Positions 1-13,550 of a stretch of 64,000 nucleotides of DNA are shown piece by piece. The translations under genes and the position numbers were made by a program. The DNA comes from the human T2T-CHM13v2.0 reference genome, Homo sapiens. How positions within the stretch are numbered: position 1 is the stretch's first letter; each line of letters begins with the position of its first letter. The stretch is from the NCBI RefSeq assembly GCF_009914755.1, contig NC_060925.1; one strand, 5' to 3'. Below the pieces are notes generated by a model. It was not told the origin of the DNA. It was given only the letters and a program-made list of their open reading frames with translations, and did not search any database.

Positions 1-1956
1 CAGGACATGGGGATGACAGAATGACCCACTGATTCCCTTTTCACTGGATCCCTTTCATCCTAGCAAGGGAGGAATGGCAGGCCATGCCACCGTGAATCCA
101 CCTAGCGTTCCTCTCCATTCATCAGCTTTCCCATTCATATTCTTTCAAGGTTTTGGTTTCCAATTTGAACTCAGCTCCCACCACTAATCAGTGGCTTCTC
201 TGGGCAGCCTGGCTGGTTCAGAAGTCTGTGGTTGTTGGTGAGTCCCTGGCATTAGGGATTTCCCAGCCCTTGGGTATTCATTCTTTCTTTTCTCTCATTT
301 CTTTTTCCCTCTTGTTCATCTTCCCTTCTTTCTCCCTCTTTCTCTTTTGCCCTCCTTTTATTCCTTTTCTTGTGCGTACATCTTAGATCTGTGGAGGCTA
401 CACAATATTACTTAGCTTAGCTGGTGGGCCCTAGGGCTGGGAAGTAAGCTGACACCACCTCCCACCTCCACAGCGTCTCAAACCGTGGGCTGACATTTCC
501 AGAGCATCAGTCTTAGGTATATTTTCTGGTTTTGTGTTCGCATGGTCCATTTTGACTCCGGGATGTATCTCTCCTGCTGGGGAAAAATGCAGGGGAGGAA
601 AGCAGAGTCTTGGCACTAACTACTTCTTTTTTTTCTTATTGGCAACTGATTCATGAACTCTAAAAAAAGAGTTGATAGCAACATAGCCAGCTAGCTGTAG
701 CAGCCCAGATGGTCCCCTATATAATAGAGACATTTGTATCTTGGATTAAAAAAAATTTAACTGTGTTCTGTGAACGTTTTTAAGAAAAAGGAATTAGTAA
801 CTGCATTCCAGAGTTGTGGCTATGGAAATAGCCAAATGATTAAGTAGATCCCCGGCATGCAAAGAGTAGGAGATAGGACTTGGGAGGTCCAGGGCCAGGA
901 AATAAGGGGAGACACATTGCGAGGGCACTGCCCTGCGTTGTCCATAAGTCTGAGATAACCCACTCTCGAATGGGGCGCAGGGAGAGAGGTTCTGTTTGAA
1001 CACATGTGCATGTGGATGTGGATGAGGAGCTACATATCCGGGCCTCTATGTCTCCCTATGGCTACTGCAAACTGGAAGCCTTTAGAGCAGGTATAGGCAG
1101 ACCAGGGTGGAAGAGAACACATTGTGTCAATAGCTTCTAAATTCTACACTGAACAGATACCTAGGTTATCCTGCTTCCTTTCTCTGTGGTCATTGGGAAT
1201 TGGTACAGGCCACATTCTGCTACAGTGAATCCCATATCTAGCAGAATCTCATTGTTATTGTCTTATGTCATCAGCACGCCTTTGGGTGTAGCTTGAAAGT
1301 CCTTGTCCAATGGGGTTCTAATTGCAGTGGTCATGTCACAAGAGGATTGGGTAGGGGGCAGGTCTGGGAAGGGATTTGGAAGAGCCACTGGGACGCAATA
1401 TGTGAGAGCGGGGTGGGGTGGTGAGGAGAGGTGGTCTCCCAGATCATGTGAAATCATCTGGAGCTGGGAACTGGCCCAGATGCTGTGGGATTTCAAGCCA
1501 CTTGGTCATTACGAGATCATGACTTATCCTGGAATAATTTTTCTTGCAGGTTCCGGAGAGTGATAAGAGAATTGAGCCGAGGCCAGCCAAGCATATGTGC
1601 TGACTGGAGGAAAATGTGTTCAGTTTTGACATCCTTTCCTCTTATTGGTTGGCAGTTTTAGTACCAAAAGTCATGCCCTAGAAAGGGGCTGGCAGCGAAT
1701 GGGGCTGGTGGTGCTGCTGAGGGGCACTCCTTAGCAAACCTCCCTGCATCCCCCTGGACCTTTTGTTTCCTTGTGTGTGAAATGAAGGAGCTCAACAAAG
1801 TGACATCTAAGATCCTACCAGTCCCCAAATGCTGTGGTCCTCTATTGCTTGCTCCCTGCCCCTTATTCTTTTGTCTTTCTCCTGTCGTGGTTTGTCTCTT
1901 GATAGGCTTCCTGGGTATGAGGTGTCAGGTTTCTCAGTAAGGAATGTATCAGTTAA

Positions 1957-2373
<417 letters not shown>

Positions 2374-3101
2374 TAGAATAGCCAGATTTCGATCTCTGTC
2401 CTTGAATCACTCTGAATGTCTAAGGCTGAGCTTGGGTGAGTGCTGCCCGTTGGCTGTACACAGTGGGAACTAGAAGTATGGCAGGGTCTCCAGGCATCCT
2501 TTTAATCTCTCCAGTGGAAGGGTGGGCCTCTAGATTATCCCCCCACCAGGACTGCACTCAGTGGGAGAATTCTCCAGAGGAAATCAGACTGGTGTGGAAG
2601 TGTGGCATAAATGTGGGTGACCAAAAAATGCCAGATAATCACTGCTTCGGCTCTTTGGTTTAATTTTTTAGCTTGTCACCTCGCCTGTATTCAGGGAAAG
2701 CAAGATTTTCTCTAAAGTCAAGATTAACTTCTTGGTGCCACAGACTCTTTGATGTGTTATCCATGTGAGCTGCAGAAAAACATCTTATTTCTCTTCCTTC
2801 TCAGCTTGATGAGGAGCAGCTGTGGTCTGGTGGGGAGGATGGATTTGCTGGACTTGTGGCCCTGAACATGCTTCCCTGCAAGGGGATGACTACCCACCGC
2901 CCCTTAGGAAAATCTCCACTTCTCATGAAAACGTCCCCTGGCCGTGGAGGCAGTGCAGCATGCTTCCGTGGCACGTGTTCGTCCTTCTGAGCCTGCAGCT
3001 TTCACAGCATCCACTTGGATGAGGGCTTTGCAGGACTTTAGCAGAGCATGTGCTCACTTGGAAGGAACAGCAGTTGTGTGAATTAAGAATAAGAAAAAAG
3101 A

Positions 3102-3397
3102 GGCCGGGCGTGGTGGCTCACGCACTTTGGGAGGCTGAGGTGGGTGGATCATGAGGTCAGGTGTTCGAGATGAGCCTGGCCAACATAGTGAAACCCCGTC
3201 TCTACTAAAAGTACAAAAATTAGCTGGGCATGGTGGCACGCGCCTGTAGTCCCAGCTACTCAGGAGGCTGAGGCAGGAGAATTGCTTGAAACTGGGAGGT
3301 GGATGGAGGTTGCAGTGAGCCGAGATTGTGCCACGGCACTCCAGCCTGGGCAACAGATTGAGACTCTGTCTCCAAAAAAAAAAATAAAAAAAAAAAG
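3102..3397 (+). mobile_element. Alu (AluS-like, ~12-bp deletion near the 5' end)
   Basis: ggccgggcgtggtggctcacg^cactttgggagg...A-tail. Confidence 0.95.
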
Positions 3398-3785
3398 GTT
3401 TTTTGCTAGCTTGGTGTCTCCCAGTCAGTGCAGGCCCAAATTCTAGAGGATAAATGGTAAAGTGAAACCTAGCTCTTCCTTTCCTTTTCTTCTTACTGTC
3501 CCCCATGGAGCATAAGCCCTTGCCTCGCAACTCACTCCTCTTCCTAAGAAATGCCCCCCTGCCCAGTTACCCTGCATCTGTTCTGTGTTGAGCAGAGGTG
3601 TTCAATTTCACGTCCCCGATTCACACCAAGCCTCGGCCCTACCTGCACCACTTAATATGCCCCGCTGCATCCCCGCCAGGAGCTGCTAGCTCATAATTAG
3701 CAAAGTTGGCAGTTTTCAGCACTGTTCAGAGTATAAGTTGTTTTGCTCCATAAATGGGAGGCAGCATCCGTTGTCTCACAAGGGG

Positions 3786-4156
3786 TGTGTTAGTTCATTT
3801 TCACACTGCTATAAAGAACTACCTGAGACTGGGTAATTTATAAAGAACAGGTTTAATTGACTCACAGTTCTGCATGGCTGGAGAGGCCTCAGGAAACTTA
3901 TAATCATGGCAGAAGGTAAGGGGAAGCAAGGGACATCTTACATGGTGGTAGGACAGAGAATGGCGGGGGTCGGGGGGAACTGCCCTAAACACTTTTAAAC
4001 CATCAGATCTTGTGAGATCTCACTCACTATCATGAGAACAGCATGGGGGAATCTGCACCCATGATCCAATCACCTCCCACCAGGCCCCTCCCACGACACT
4101 TGGGGATTACTATTCGAGATGAGATTTGGGTGGGGACACACAGCCAAACCCTACCA
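3786..4156 (-). mobile_element. MST-type MaLR solo LTR
   Basis: tgtgttagttcattttcacactgctataaagaactacctgagactgggtaattt...cacagccaaacc; perfect 5-bp TSD AGGGG (3781-3785, 4157-4161). Confidence 0.9.
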
Positions 4157-4517
4157 AGGGGAGAGGTGATATTATGGCTCAAAGCTATGCTGTGTGCTGG
4201 CACCTCTGTTAAAATGAGTTTCTTAAAGAAGCCAAATAAAGTTTGGTGTGGCAAGATTATTAAAATCAACAGAGAAATGACTGTAGGAACAGCAAGCATT
4301 TTCAAGAAGTGAGTCCTGCTGAGCAACAGGGAGGAAAATAAAGTGCCGGGGGCTGTGCTAGGACAGGGATGCTGACTCAGACCTCACAGCACAGCCGAGC
4401 CGGCCTCGGCCTTGGACATGAGCAGTCAGCCCACAGCATGCAAAAGTTTGGTTGTTTCTGAGACCTACTTCTTAGCTTAGTCCATATATTTCTTCACTTT
4501 TTCCTCCCTTCCTTCGT

Positions 4518-4800
4518 TAGAGACAGGGTCTCACTTTGTTGCCTGGGCTAGAGAGCAGTGGTGTAATCATAGCTCACTCTCACCTTGAACTCCTGGGCTC
4601 AACTGGGCTCAAGCATTCCTCCTGCCTCAGCTTTCTGAGTAGCTGGGATTACAGGTGTGTGCCACCACACCTGGCTCATTTTTTTTTCTTTCTAGAAATG
4701 GGGGGGTCTCACTCCGTTGCCCACGTTGATCTTGAACTCCTGGCTTCAAGTGATCCTCCTGCCTTGGCCTCCCAAAGCACTGGGATTACTGCGTGAACCC
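4518..4800 (-). mobile_element. Alu (AluJ-like)
   Basis: gagacagggtctcac...ctcccaaagcactgggattac. Confidence 0.9.
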
Positions 4801-5638
4801 TCTTTTTTATATCAAAATACCAAGTGGAATGTTTCGTTTAAGAAAACAAAAATCAACAATACAGCAAGCCAAAACCCAAGACAGTAAAACGTCTGGGGTC
4901 AAGGGCTTAACCAGGAGCAGCTGTGGCACCCCGTTGTTAGAAGTGTTGGTTGCTCTGTGTTGGTGCACCAGGTCTTAGCTGATGGCACCATCCTTCTGGT
5001 AATGGGGTTGGGTTGGGTGAGTTCGGTTTACCATTTGCATATTTGTTTTCTTTTAATTTGACTACATTGATGAAAGAGGGATACAGTCATGTAATCACAT
5101 AGTCCTGGAATCCTGACACCTGAAGGGACCTAAGATCACCTGGTTCTGTCGTCTCATTTGGAAATGAGGATACTTTAACCTAGAGAGGTAAAGTGACTTG
5201 GTCGAGATCACAGCCTATTCAGGACGAAGCCCGGAGGGGAATTCTGCTTCCTAATTACCAGACCAGTGTCCAGTCCCAGGAGCTTACATCAGGCAAGCTA
5301 GTGTGCTTTATAGCAACATCAATAAAGAACAAAAACTTGATCTTTTTGAGCTATGCTGTGTGCCAGCACCTCTGTTAAAATGAGTTCCTTTGAGGAGCCA
5401 AATAAAGTTTGATGTGGCAAAGTTGTTAAAGGAGTCAAGTAAAGTTTGGTGTAGTTACTTGATCTTTACAGCTGTGTGTACTTAGTATTCCTACTTCCTC
5501 CACAACTCCTAATTGGATTTTGTGGCATTGGTTGTTTTCTGGATGGGCTGAAGGAGAAAGACGTTGATTGAATTAAAAAAAGCGGTACACATATAATATT
5601 CAGCCAATCTCCATATTTAAGATATTGCTTAGCCCTGA

Positions 5639-6051
<413 letters not shown>

Positions 6052-8211
6052 GAGAGATGCTTTCTTTACTTGTGAGCAGATATTTCCATCTGCGAGGTCC
6101 CCGCACACACATGCAGCCCTAATTCAGAGTTGTGAGACAGGCAATGTGCTGCACCTGGATGCCAGTCTCCAACCCACCCTCCCCACCCCCCAAGTTAGTT
6201 CTCCTGTCTCTGGGTTGCATTCTCTTACTGCCAAACAAGGGGCAAAACAGTTGCTTCAGCCTCCTGATGTTCTGAGTTGGCGGGGTCACCCTCTCCTGCC
6301 TCAACATAGCAAGATGAAGATCGTGTATTTTCAGGAGCTGTTTAGTACTGGCCCCTTGACTTGCCTTCAGAAGATCTTTGTTAACCACCAACAAAACCAC
6401 ACCCTTTCTCCCTTTGTCATAGTGTTGTCTGGCTCAGTACAGTCTCACAGGAACGGATCATGAACAAGGTAATGGCTGGCTTATTACCAAGTGGCCAGTT
6501 GCGGTCTTGTTGCTCACATAGTTAGCATGTTATGAATGTCACCAGCCGCTCAGCTGGGCGGAGGCAGAGCTCTGTGGTGCTGTCTTCTTGGGTGGCCTCT
6601 TGAGGCCCTTTCTATCCTCTCAGTGATCCCTTGGCCAGTCAACATCATCTGTCTGCACCCCACACCCCCAGTCCCCCTGTCTGGCACTCCCTCTCTGCCA
6701 GTGGCACCTGCCACCCTTGCCTTGTGGAAGACAGATTTGCTGTGGCTTCAATGCTTTTAAAATTGATGAATAAGAAAAGTAAAATGAAGCAAATGGGCAT
6801 TTCCTGTTTATAATGTCTCCAATATAGAAAGCCTGCTTTTGAGTGTAACTGAAATATTTCCTGCCCTAACAATAAAAGAAAGAAAAGGCTCATGCAGCGA
6901 GATGGAAGAACGCCTTGCGGCTGTGCATGTGAGCAGGTGCCAACATCCTAGAGACTGGGTAGGGCTAGCCTGCACCTTCCGCTCCAGATTCCTTAGTGGC
7001 TGACCCGGCCCTTGGATGGCTTTACAGCCTGCGCACCCAGGGGGAGGCCGGGCAGTGTCAGCAGAGGATTCAGGTGAAGAGTTGAACACCATGGGGAGAT
7101 TCCCAAGGGACAAGGATGTTGACAGGGTTTTGGCCCAGCGCCTGCCTCCAGCATCAGCCTTTTTCAGGGGCCTCCGGAAGGCTCTGTGGATACCCCCGAG
7201 TCCCTCCCACCAGGATTTGCATCCTGACAGGTGGATTCTCTTGTAGTTCATTCTTCCCCATGCCATGTCAGACCTGAGCTTCTGAATTTGGGCTCTAGAA
7301 CTCTCCTCTGGCTTGCCTTTCCTGACTTTACCAGCGGTGCCGTAACATTCTGGGCCCCAGTTTCCTGCTCTGTAAAAGGAGGGGTGGCAGGGTTAGTGGT
7401 TCCCATAGCTGGCACATCCCTAGATGTTATCTCTCAGGAAGGCTTACGTGGGTTCAGGACTCTGAATTTTTAGCTCCCAAGTGATTAGAACATGCAGGTA
7501 GCATTAGGAAGCTTCAGGAAGCACTGGCCACGGGATCTCTCCAACATTCCATGATACTCCGTCTTATCTTCTCATGATCCTGCTCTAGGACCTCACATTA
7601 AATGAAGTTCATCACCTTGTCAATACTTTATACTTGGTGTCACCTCTGTACCTGTAACATGCCATTATTTATTTTATTTGCAGTTCTACTTTTTACCAGT
7701 CCATATTTCCAATTTCCTTCCTCCTCCAGGAAGTTTCTCATGATTTGCTTCTTACCTGCCAGTTTCCCTTTTGACTGGAGTCTCCTGTACATCCTTAAGG
7801 TGATATGTATCTCTTGCTGTGGAAAGTGAGCCTTTCTGTTTTGCTCAGGAAATGTATTCTTATGGTTGTTTGGTCTGCAAATTCTCTTTCCCCAATAGGA
7901 AGGTAAATTCCCAAGTAGCCTTCTCCCCTCCCAGCAAGGACCCCAGGGTCATGGGAGGCTCAGTACATACTATTGACCTTTGAGCTCTCTCTTCCATAGG
8001 AAATTGGCAGACACTGCCTAGCATTCTCTTCAAGTGGATTTTCAAGTACAAGAAGCCCCATTACCTGATGATGATGTGATTCAGACCTGGATGGGGTCCT
8101 CATGTCCCCCTCGTACTTCAGGCCTTGAAGGAGATTGGCTGAAAAGGAGAAAGACCTGGTGTCTGTCTTGTGAGCCCTCTTAGGGGCCTGCGGGCCCCAC
8201 CTTCTCAAGCT

Positions 8212-8971
8212 TGAAAATAATGGAAAGTCTTGAGTTCCTTCAAGGAAAATTCCAAGTACCTAGCTAGCCTTGAAAAGTAAAGGAACAGCGTGATAAGCAA
8301 GAAGGTGATAATAGCTTAAAACAATAGCCAAGGAAATTAGAGCCAGAACATGTTTGGTTCCCTGTAGAAACTAAAGATAACATCTTAACATATGTCCCTG
8401 AGTTGTTTTTCAGAAACCTGGACCCCTACCAGATGGAAAATGGAAAATGCCATCACTGGCAGGTAGACCTCAGATAAGGGGGAACTGAGGACTGAACTCT
8501 GTCTGTCATTCTTTGTTCTAAATTTCTTCCTGAGGGCCTGGAGGGAAATCATGCCACAGGCCAGAGCTTAACATTCCTTTCTGCTGACCGCCAATATTAT
8601 ACCCTTTCTGCTGACCCCAAGATTATAGAGAAAGCCTGGCTTCCTTAACCCGATTGCAGATCAGAGAATCTTTAAATCCACTGATGACCCATAAGACTCC
8701 AAGATATCCCACCTTTTGAGGCCGTAACGATGTATCACCTCCATGTATTGAGTTATGATTTTGCCTGTAACTTCTGTTTTCCTGACATGTACCCCTGCCT
8801 TTAAAAACTCTTGCCTGTAAACTGTAGATAAGGCCAGGTCTTGAGCGTGAGCTGCCCAGTTTTCCTTGCTTGGTGCCTTGCAAATAAATGCCCTTCTTTC
8901 TCCCACTGCAAAACCTCCGTGTGGATGTGAGGTTTTACTGTGCTGGGCAAGTGGATTCCAGTTCAGTAACA
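8212..8971 (+). mobile_element. ERV1 solo LTR (MER4 group, subfamily uncertain)
   Basis: TG...CA ends, TATA-like tttaaaaa (~8800), AATAAA (~8883), typical cctcagataagggggaactgaggactgaact block. Confidence 0.75.
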
Positions 8972-11034
8972 CCTTTCCATTTCCTCTCGCTATTCATGTG
9001 TGTGTGTGTGCAAACATGACAGGACACTCTCTGCTCTGTGACAGTGAGTGTATGCTCTTTCACCAGCCTCCGCCACCTCTCTGAGCGGCACTTTTCTCAT
9101 CTGGGTGGCTGGGCAGGTAACAGAACAGCCCCTTTCAGCTCTTGTGCTGTAGAGACGCTGTGACTCCCTCTTCATTCCTCACTGCTCCCAGCCCTTCAAC
9201 AACAGTTGCCCTGAGAGGCAATTTGAAGCAAGATGCTTAGAAAAGCCCTTTCTTTGCAGAGGAGGTTGGTGTCAAGTTTGGAGAAGGCACATGCGATCTT
9301 AGGTGATTCAGAGCTTAGCAGACTCTCAGACCCTTTTGTGTCTCTCCTTTTCTGCGATCTGAATAATTTATTTACTCCTCAGCATCACCGCTTTCTCTTC
9401 TAGCTATTCTCTGCTCATTAGTTTCTGTGCCCAGTGTCTGTGCAGGCAGGGGCTGGAGGAGCAAGTGAAGTGAAAAGCCCTTCACCGGCTCTCTGGCTGC
9501 TGTGTTGTGAACTGGTGGGGTGTCATGGCAGAGCCAAACCCAGAGATAAGATGTTTGGGAGATAACAAGGGATCTCTGCCACCATCTGCCAAGATTCCCC
9601 TTGTGTGTGTCACCCCTGAGACATGGCTGAGTGGTCGTTAAGGGGCAGGGGCTGTTCGGGGCAGGCTGCAAGCCAGCTGCTTGTTGTGTTCTAAGCAGCA
9701 GATCTAAAGGTGAGGGAGGAAGGAGCACTTGATTGTGAGCAAGTGTGGAGGTGATGTGTTTCTGGGAAAGAGTTGACATTCAGCAAAGATTATACCGTAT
9801 TCTTTTACTTTGCATGTGCTATATTTGCTTCTGTGATCAGGCAAGTGCAATTCCTCAGGGGCTCTGAGGTTCATTTTCAGTATAATTGGGATGTGAAGAC
9901 GCTGTGATTGGAGTCTTCGGCATGGTAGCAGAGGGACCCAGGGGAGATGCCTGGGCTAAGCCTCCTCGGCATACATCGGCACTACCCTGCTGCTGCCCTG
10001 AGCTGCAGCACCTGCTGTACAGCAAGAGGTTTAGCCCCACCTGCCGGGGAGGGGAAGAGAAGTTTCCCTTCTGAGGGAATGCTCCTCCTTGCCCACCAGT
10101 CAATTCCCGGGGAACAGTGCCTAAGCTTGACATGTATGACTGGGCTGGGAACCCTCCCCTCCATCCTTCCCCACCTGGACTCTTTGGATTCCCCACTTTT
10201 ATTCACGGATGCCCTCTTCATCCCAGGCACCCAGGTGCAACGCCCTGGGGTCATCTCCAGAGAACTCTTCTTCTGGAGAATCGGGGTCTGGTTTGTACCT
10301 TCCAGCTATTGCTTCCCATTCCAGTCACCAGCCCAGCCCAGACCCTGAAGAGAGCCAGGAACTTCCAGCCCTGGGACAAATCAACATCCTGGTGTCTGAG
10401 TGGACGACGTTGCTAAGAGCACAAATGCTGCAGGTGTGGCCTCTGCCTAGGCAGCTCTAGCTGGACTCCAGGTTCTATTTTGGGCACTGGTGCACTTCTC
10501 AAAGGAAGATCGGCCAACTCTCAGAGGATGCGGCCTCTACCCACAACACACTTCCTTTTTTCTTTGTCATGTTCTGATTCCTTAGCATCTGTGTCATAGG
10601 ATCTAGGATCGGGATAATGGCTTGCAACCATGTCAAAAATTTTCCTGGTGCTCCCAGGCCCCCACCTTGGAAACTCAAGTTGTATTTGTAAAACTAGTGA
10701 AAACCATTGGTTTGTTCCTCATGCATTCAGGGTATTCCTTGAACAGAAGTTTGCACACTTCAGCATGTGCATGTGAATCACCAGAAAACATCTCCAAAAT
10801 TCAGACTGTAATTCCTGCCCTTAGGATTCTGGTTTGGGAGGGCTGGTTATGCTCCGTTTGGACATAACAAGATTTGTTACATGGTATTTTACTTATTTGC
10901 TATTTTGTTCAAGGATGTGAAGGATGGGTACCACCATAGTAACAGCTGATATTGATTGAATATTTGCTGTATCAGGCACTGTTCTTACTGTAACAACTCA
11001 TTTAATTTTCCCAGTGTTCTATTATGCAGATACT

Positions 11035-11328
11035 GTTTTTTTTCCTTGAGGGTAGGGTCTTGCTCTGTCTCCCAGGCTGGAGTACAGTGGTGCGATTATG
11101 GCTCACTGCAGCCTCAAAGCCCTGGGCTCAAGTGATTCTTCTGCCTCAGCCTCCTGAAAGCTGGGACTACAGGCATATGCCACCATATCTAGCTAATTTT
11201 TTATTTTTCGTAAAGACAGGAATCTCCCTATGTTACCCAGGCTGTTCTCGAACTCCTGGCCTCTAACAATCCACCTGCCTTGGCCTCTCAAAGTGCTGGG
11301 ATTGTCGGTGTGAGCCGCTGTACCTGGC
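11035..11328 (-). mobile_element. Alu (AluJ-like) within a MIR
   Basis: Antisense Alu dimer. Confidence 0.9.
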
Positions 11329-12381
11329 TGTAGCTATGATGGTGTCTGTTTTTCAGATTAGGAAGCGGAGGCACAGGGAGTAAATGGCTGAGCCCGGACT
11401 GATTCCAGGCAGTCTCACCCCAGAGCATGGCTCCTTACCACTGTGCTCCTCTACCTTTCTGCTGTATATTCTGGGTGACTCAAGCTCTCTGTGCTCTGTA
11501 GGTAGAGATTTTATTTTATTTTATTTAAGAGAATGCTTTGCGTTTCTGATTTCTCATTGTCTTAGAACTGCACATATATCAGAGAGGCTGTTATGAAAGA
11601 AAACCCACACATATCTGGGTCTTGCATCTCTGCATCGAAAGCATGGTCTTATGAAGTAAGATGCGAGAGAGCTAGGCAGGGGGAACAGTTGGGACACTGT
11701 GAACTGTTGGTGCTCTGAGCTGTAAACTCTCCGGAGAGAGCTCTAAAGGAGAGTGCATTGTATCTGAACATGCAGGCCAAGGTGTGGTTCTCCTCCGAGA
11801 TTCCTAAAGGGTCCTCCATTTCTGCCTGTGTCAACCAGCTAAGATCTGGCAGTGTGGACACATCTGCGGCCCTTCTGTGGCCTTGTTGATGGTCGAGGCG
11901 TGTGTTTGGAGTGTATGCACTTTGGTATTCACTTTGTATTCCTGTCCTCAAATGCACCTGCTTATTTCACAACTATCAAATACCTGCCGAGGATCCTGGG
12001 CCCTGGGAATAGGGGGAGAAATAAAACGAGGCCTGCTCTGAAGGAGGTGGTAGTCGACTAGAGAAAACAAATGTAGAATGAGAAATTACACTCCAGTACG
12101 GTGGTTTCTGTGTCTACAGTGCATTTTATTTGCAGCATCTTTTGGACATCGGTTCCAGTCACATCTACATGAGGCTCATCTAGATTTAAGGAAACTAGGG
12201 AAAATGCAGCGAGGTGTTAGTGTAACCACACTGGCCTGCTTTGGCCCCGCAGCCCAGTCGGCTTGTCTGGAGAGACCCTGGTGGGACAGTGAGTGGGTCA
12301 TGAAGGCAAGGCCTGACGTGGTGGGTCTGGTGTGTGAGGAGAGAGCCTGCCTTCATGGAGGCCGGGCAGCCTCCCTTCTGT

Positions 12382-12718
12382 TGTGGGACTTTTCCTTAGT
12401 TCAGCTAAAGATGGGATCCTCGTCACACAGCCACAGAAAATTACACTCAGAGACAGTTTGAAGGGTGAGAATAATGGGATTTATTGGGCAAAAAGGAAAA
12501 AAAGTGGGGAACAGGGACTCAGCAGAACGAGAGTCCTTCTAGTATAGGCTTCCCGCCTCATGGATGAAATCCCAGGTTCTACCCAGGAAGAGGAGGGGCC
12601 GGACTCCTTCCTGCTGCAAATGACAGGAACTTCTGAGGCTCCACCCCATGGTGCATTCCTCCCAGTTCGCAGGTTGGCTGGAGTTTCTCTGGGGACCCCT
12701 TCCTACCTGGCTGTCTCA
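12382..12718 (-). mobile_element. ERV1 solo LTR (MER61-like)
   Basis: Minus-strand start TGAGACAGCCAGGTAGGAAGGGGTCCCC and end ...agctgaactaaggaaaagtcccACA; near-TSD ctgt/ctgc. Confidence 0.75.
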
Positions 12719-13002
12719 CTGCTGTGGCTCAGACCAGTTGAGGCCATCCTGGCGTTTCTGAGACTGGAAGTTGGGGGTTGGCAGCAACCCTGGTGGATCT
12801 AGTGGGGTATTAGAATTGTAGTAGAGGCCAAGTGACCTTGGGGACCTCTTAGACTGAAAGCTTCATGAAGTCAGGGACCGAGTGGGGCTTGTCCATAGCC
12901 CTTGCTCCAGCACCTCAGCAGGGCCTGCACATTCAACGCATGCTTGGTGACCGAATGTGTTGAATGCCTTGGGGAGTGCTCCCTTCGGCCTTTGTTACAA
13001 GC

Positions 13003-13196
13003 ATGTTGTTTGTTTTTGTTTTTGTTTTGAGACAGTGTCTCACTCTGTCTTCCAGGCTGGAGTGCAGTGGCACAGTCATGGCTCACTGCAGCCTTGACCT
13101 CCTGGGCTTTAGCAATCCTCCTACCTTAACCTTCCGAGTAGCTGGGACTACAGGGGTGTGCCTCCACGCCCAGCTAATTTTTGTATTTTTTGTAGA
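13003..13196 (-). mobile_element. Partial Alu (right arm), copied from the Alu at 15195-15504
   Basis: Shares private variants and flanking sequence with 15156-15391 (see findings). Confidence 0.9.
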
Positions 13197-13517
13197 TCTC
13201 TAGTGGATGATTCCCCATCCAAGGTGGCAGCTATGGAGCTAGACTACAGGATATCGGGGAGTGTGGGGTTGGACCAGGTGATGTCTGAGGCGATGTCTGG
13301 CTCTAATATTATGCCTGGCATGCAGCAGGATGTATTTGTTGAATTAAACAAATTCTACAAATCAAGGGAGCAAAAAAGCATCCCTATGACCCTTATACCT
13401 TTAGCTTTGTTTTCATCCATTCTTAAATTTCTCCTGGCTGCCGCAAGCAGATGACTGTCCTTTATCCCACAGATACCTGACTGCTGTATGCCAAACAATT
13501 TTTTTCTTCCACCAAGC

Positions 13518-13550
13518 TGTAATGCTCAACCGTTGCCACTAGAGGGCTGA
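13518..13550 (+). promoter_or_regulatory. Predicted CTCF site (core plus upstream motif)
   Basis: TTGCCACTAGAGGGCTG matches the CCACYAGRKGGC core; TGTAATGCT lies 6 bp upstream. Confidence 0.6.

Noticed and set aside
1535-1625. Good-looking acceptor ttttcttgcAG at ~1549 as an unannotated exon
   Set aside because: No convincing downstream donor or open frame; cannot be supported without RNA data.
3715-3735. TTCAGCAC as a REST/RE1 site
   Set aside because: Only the left half-site matches; the GGACAG half is absent.
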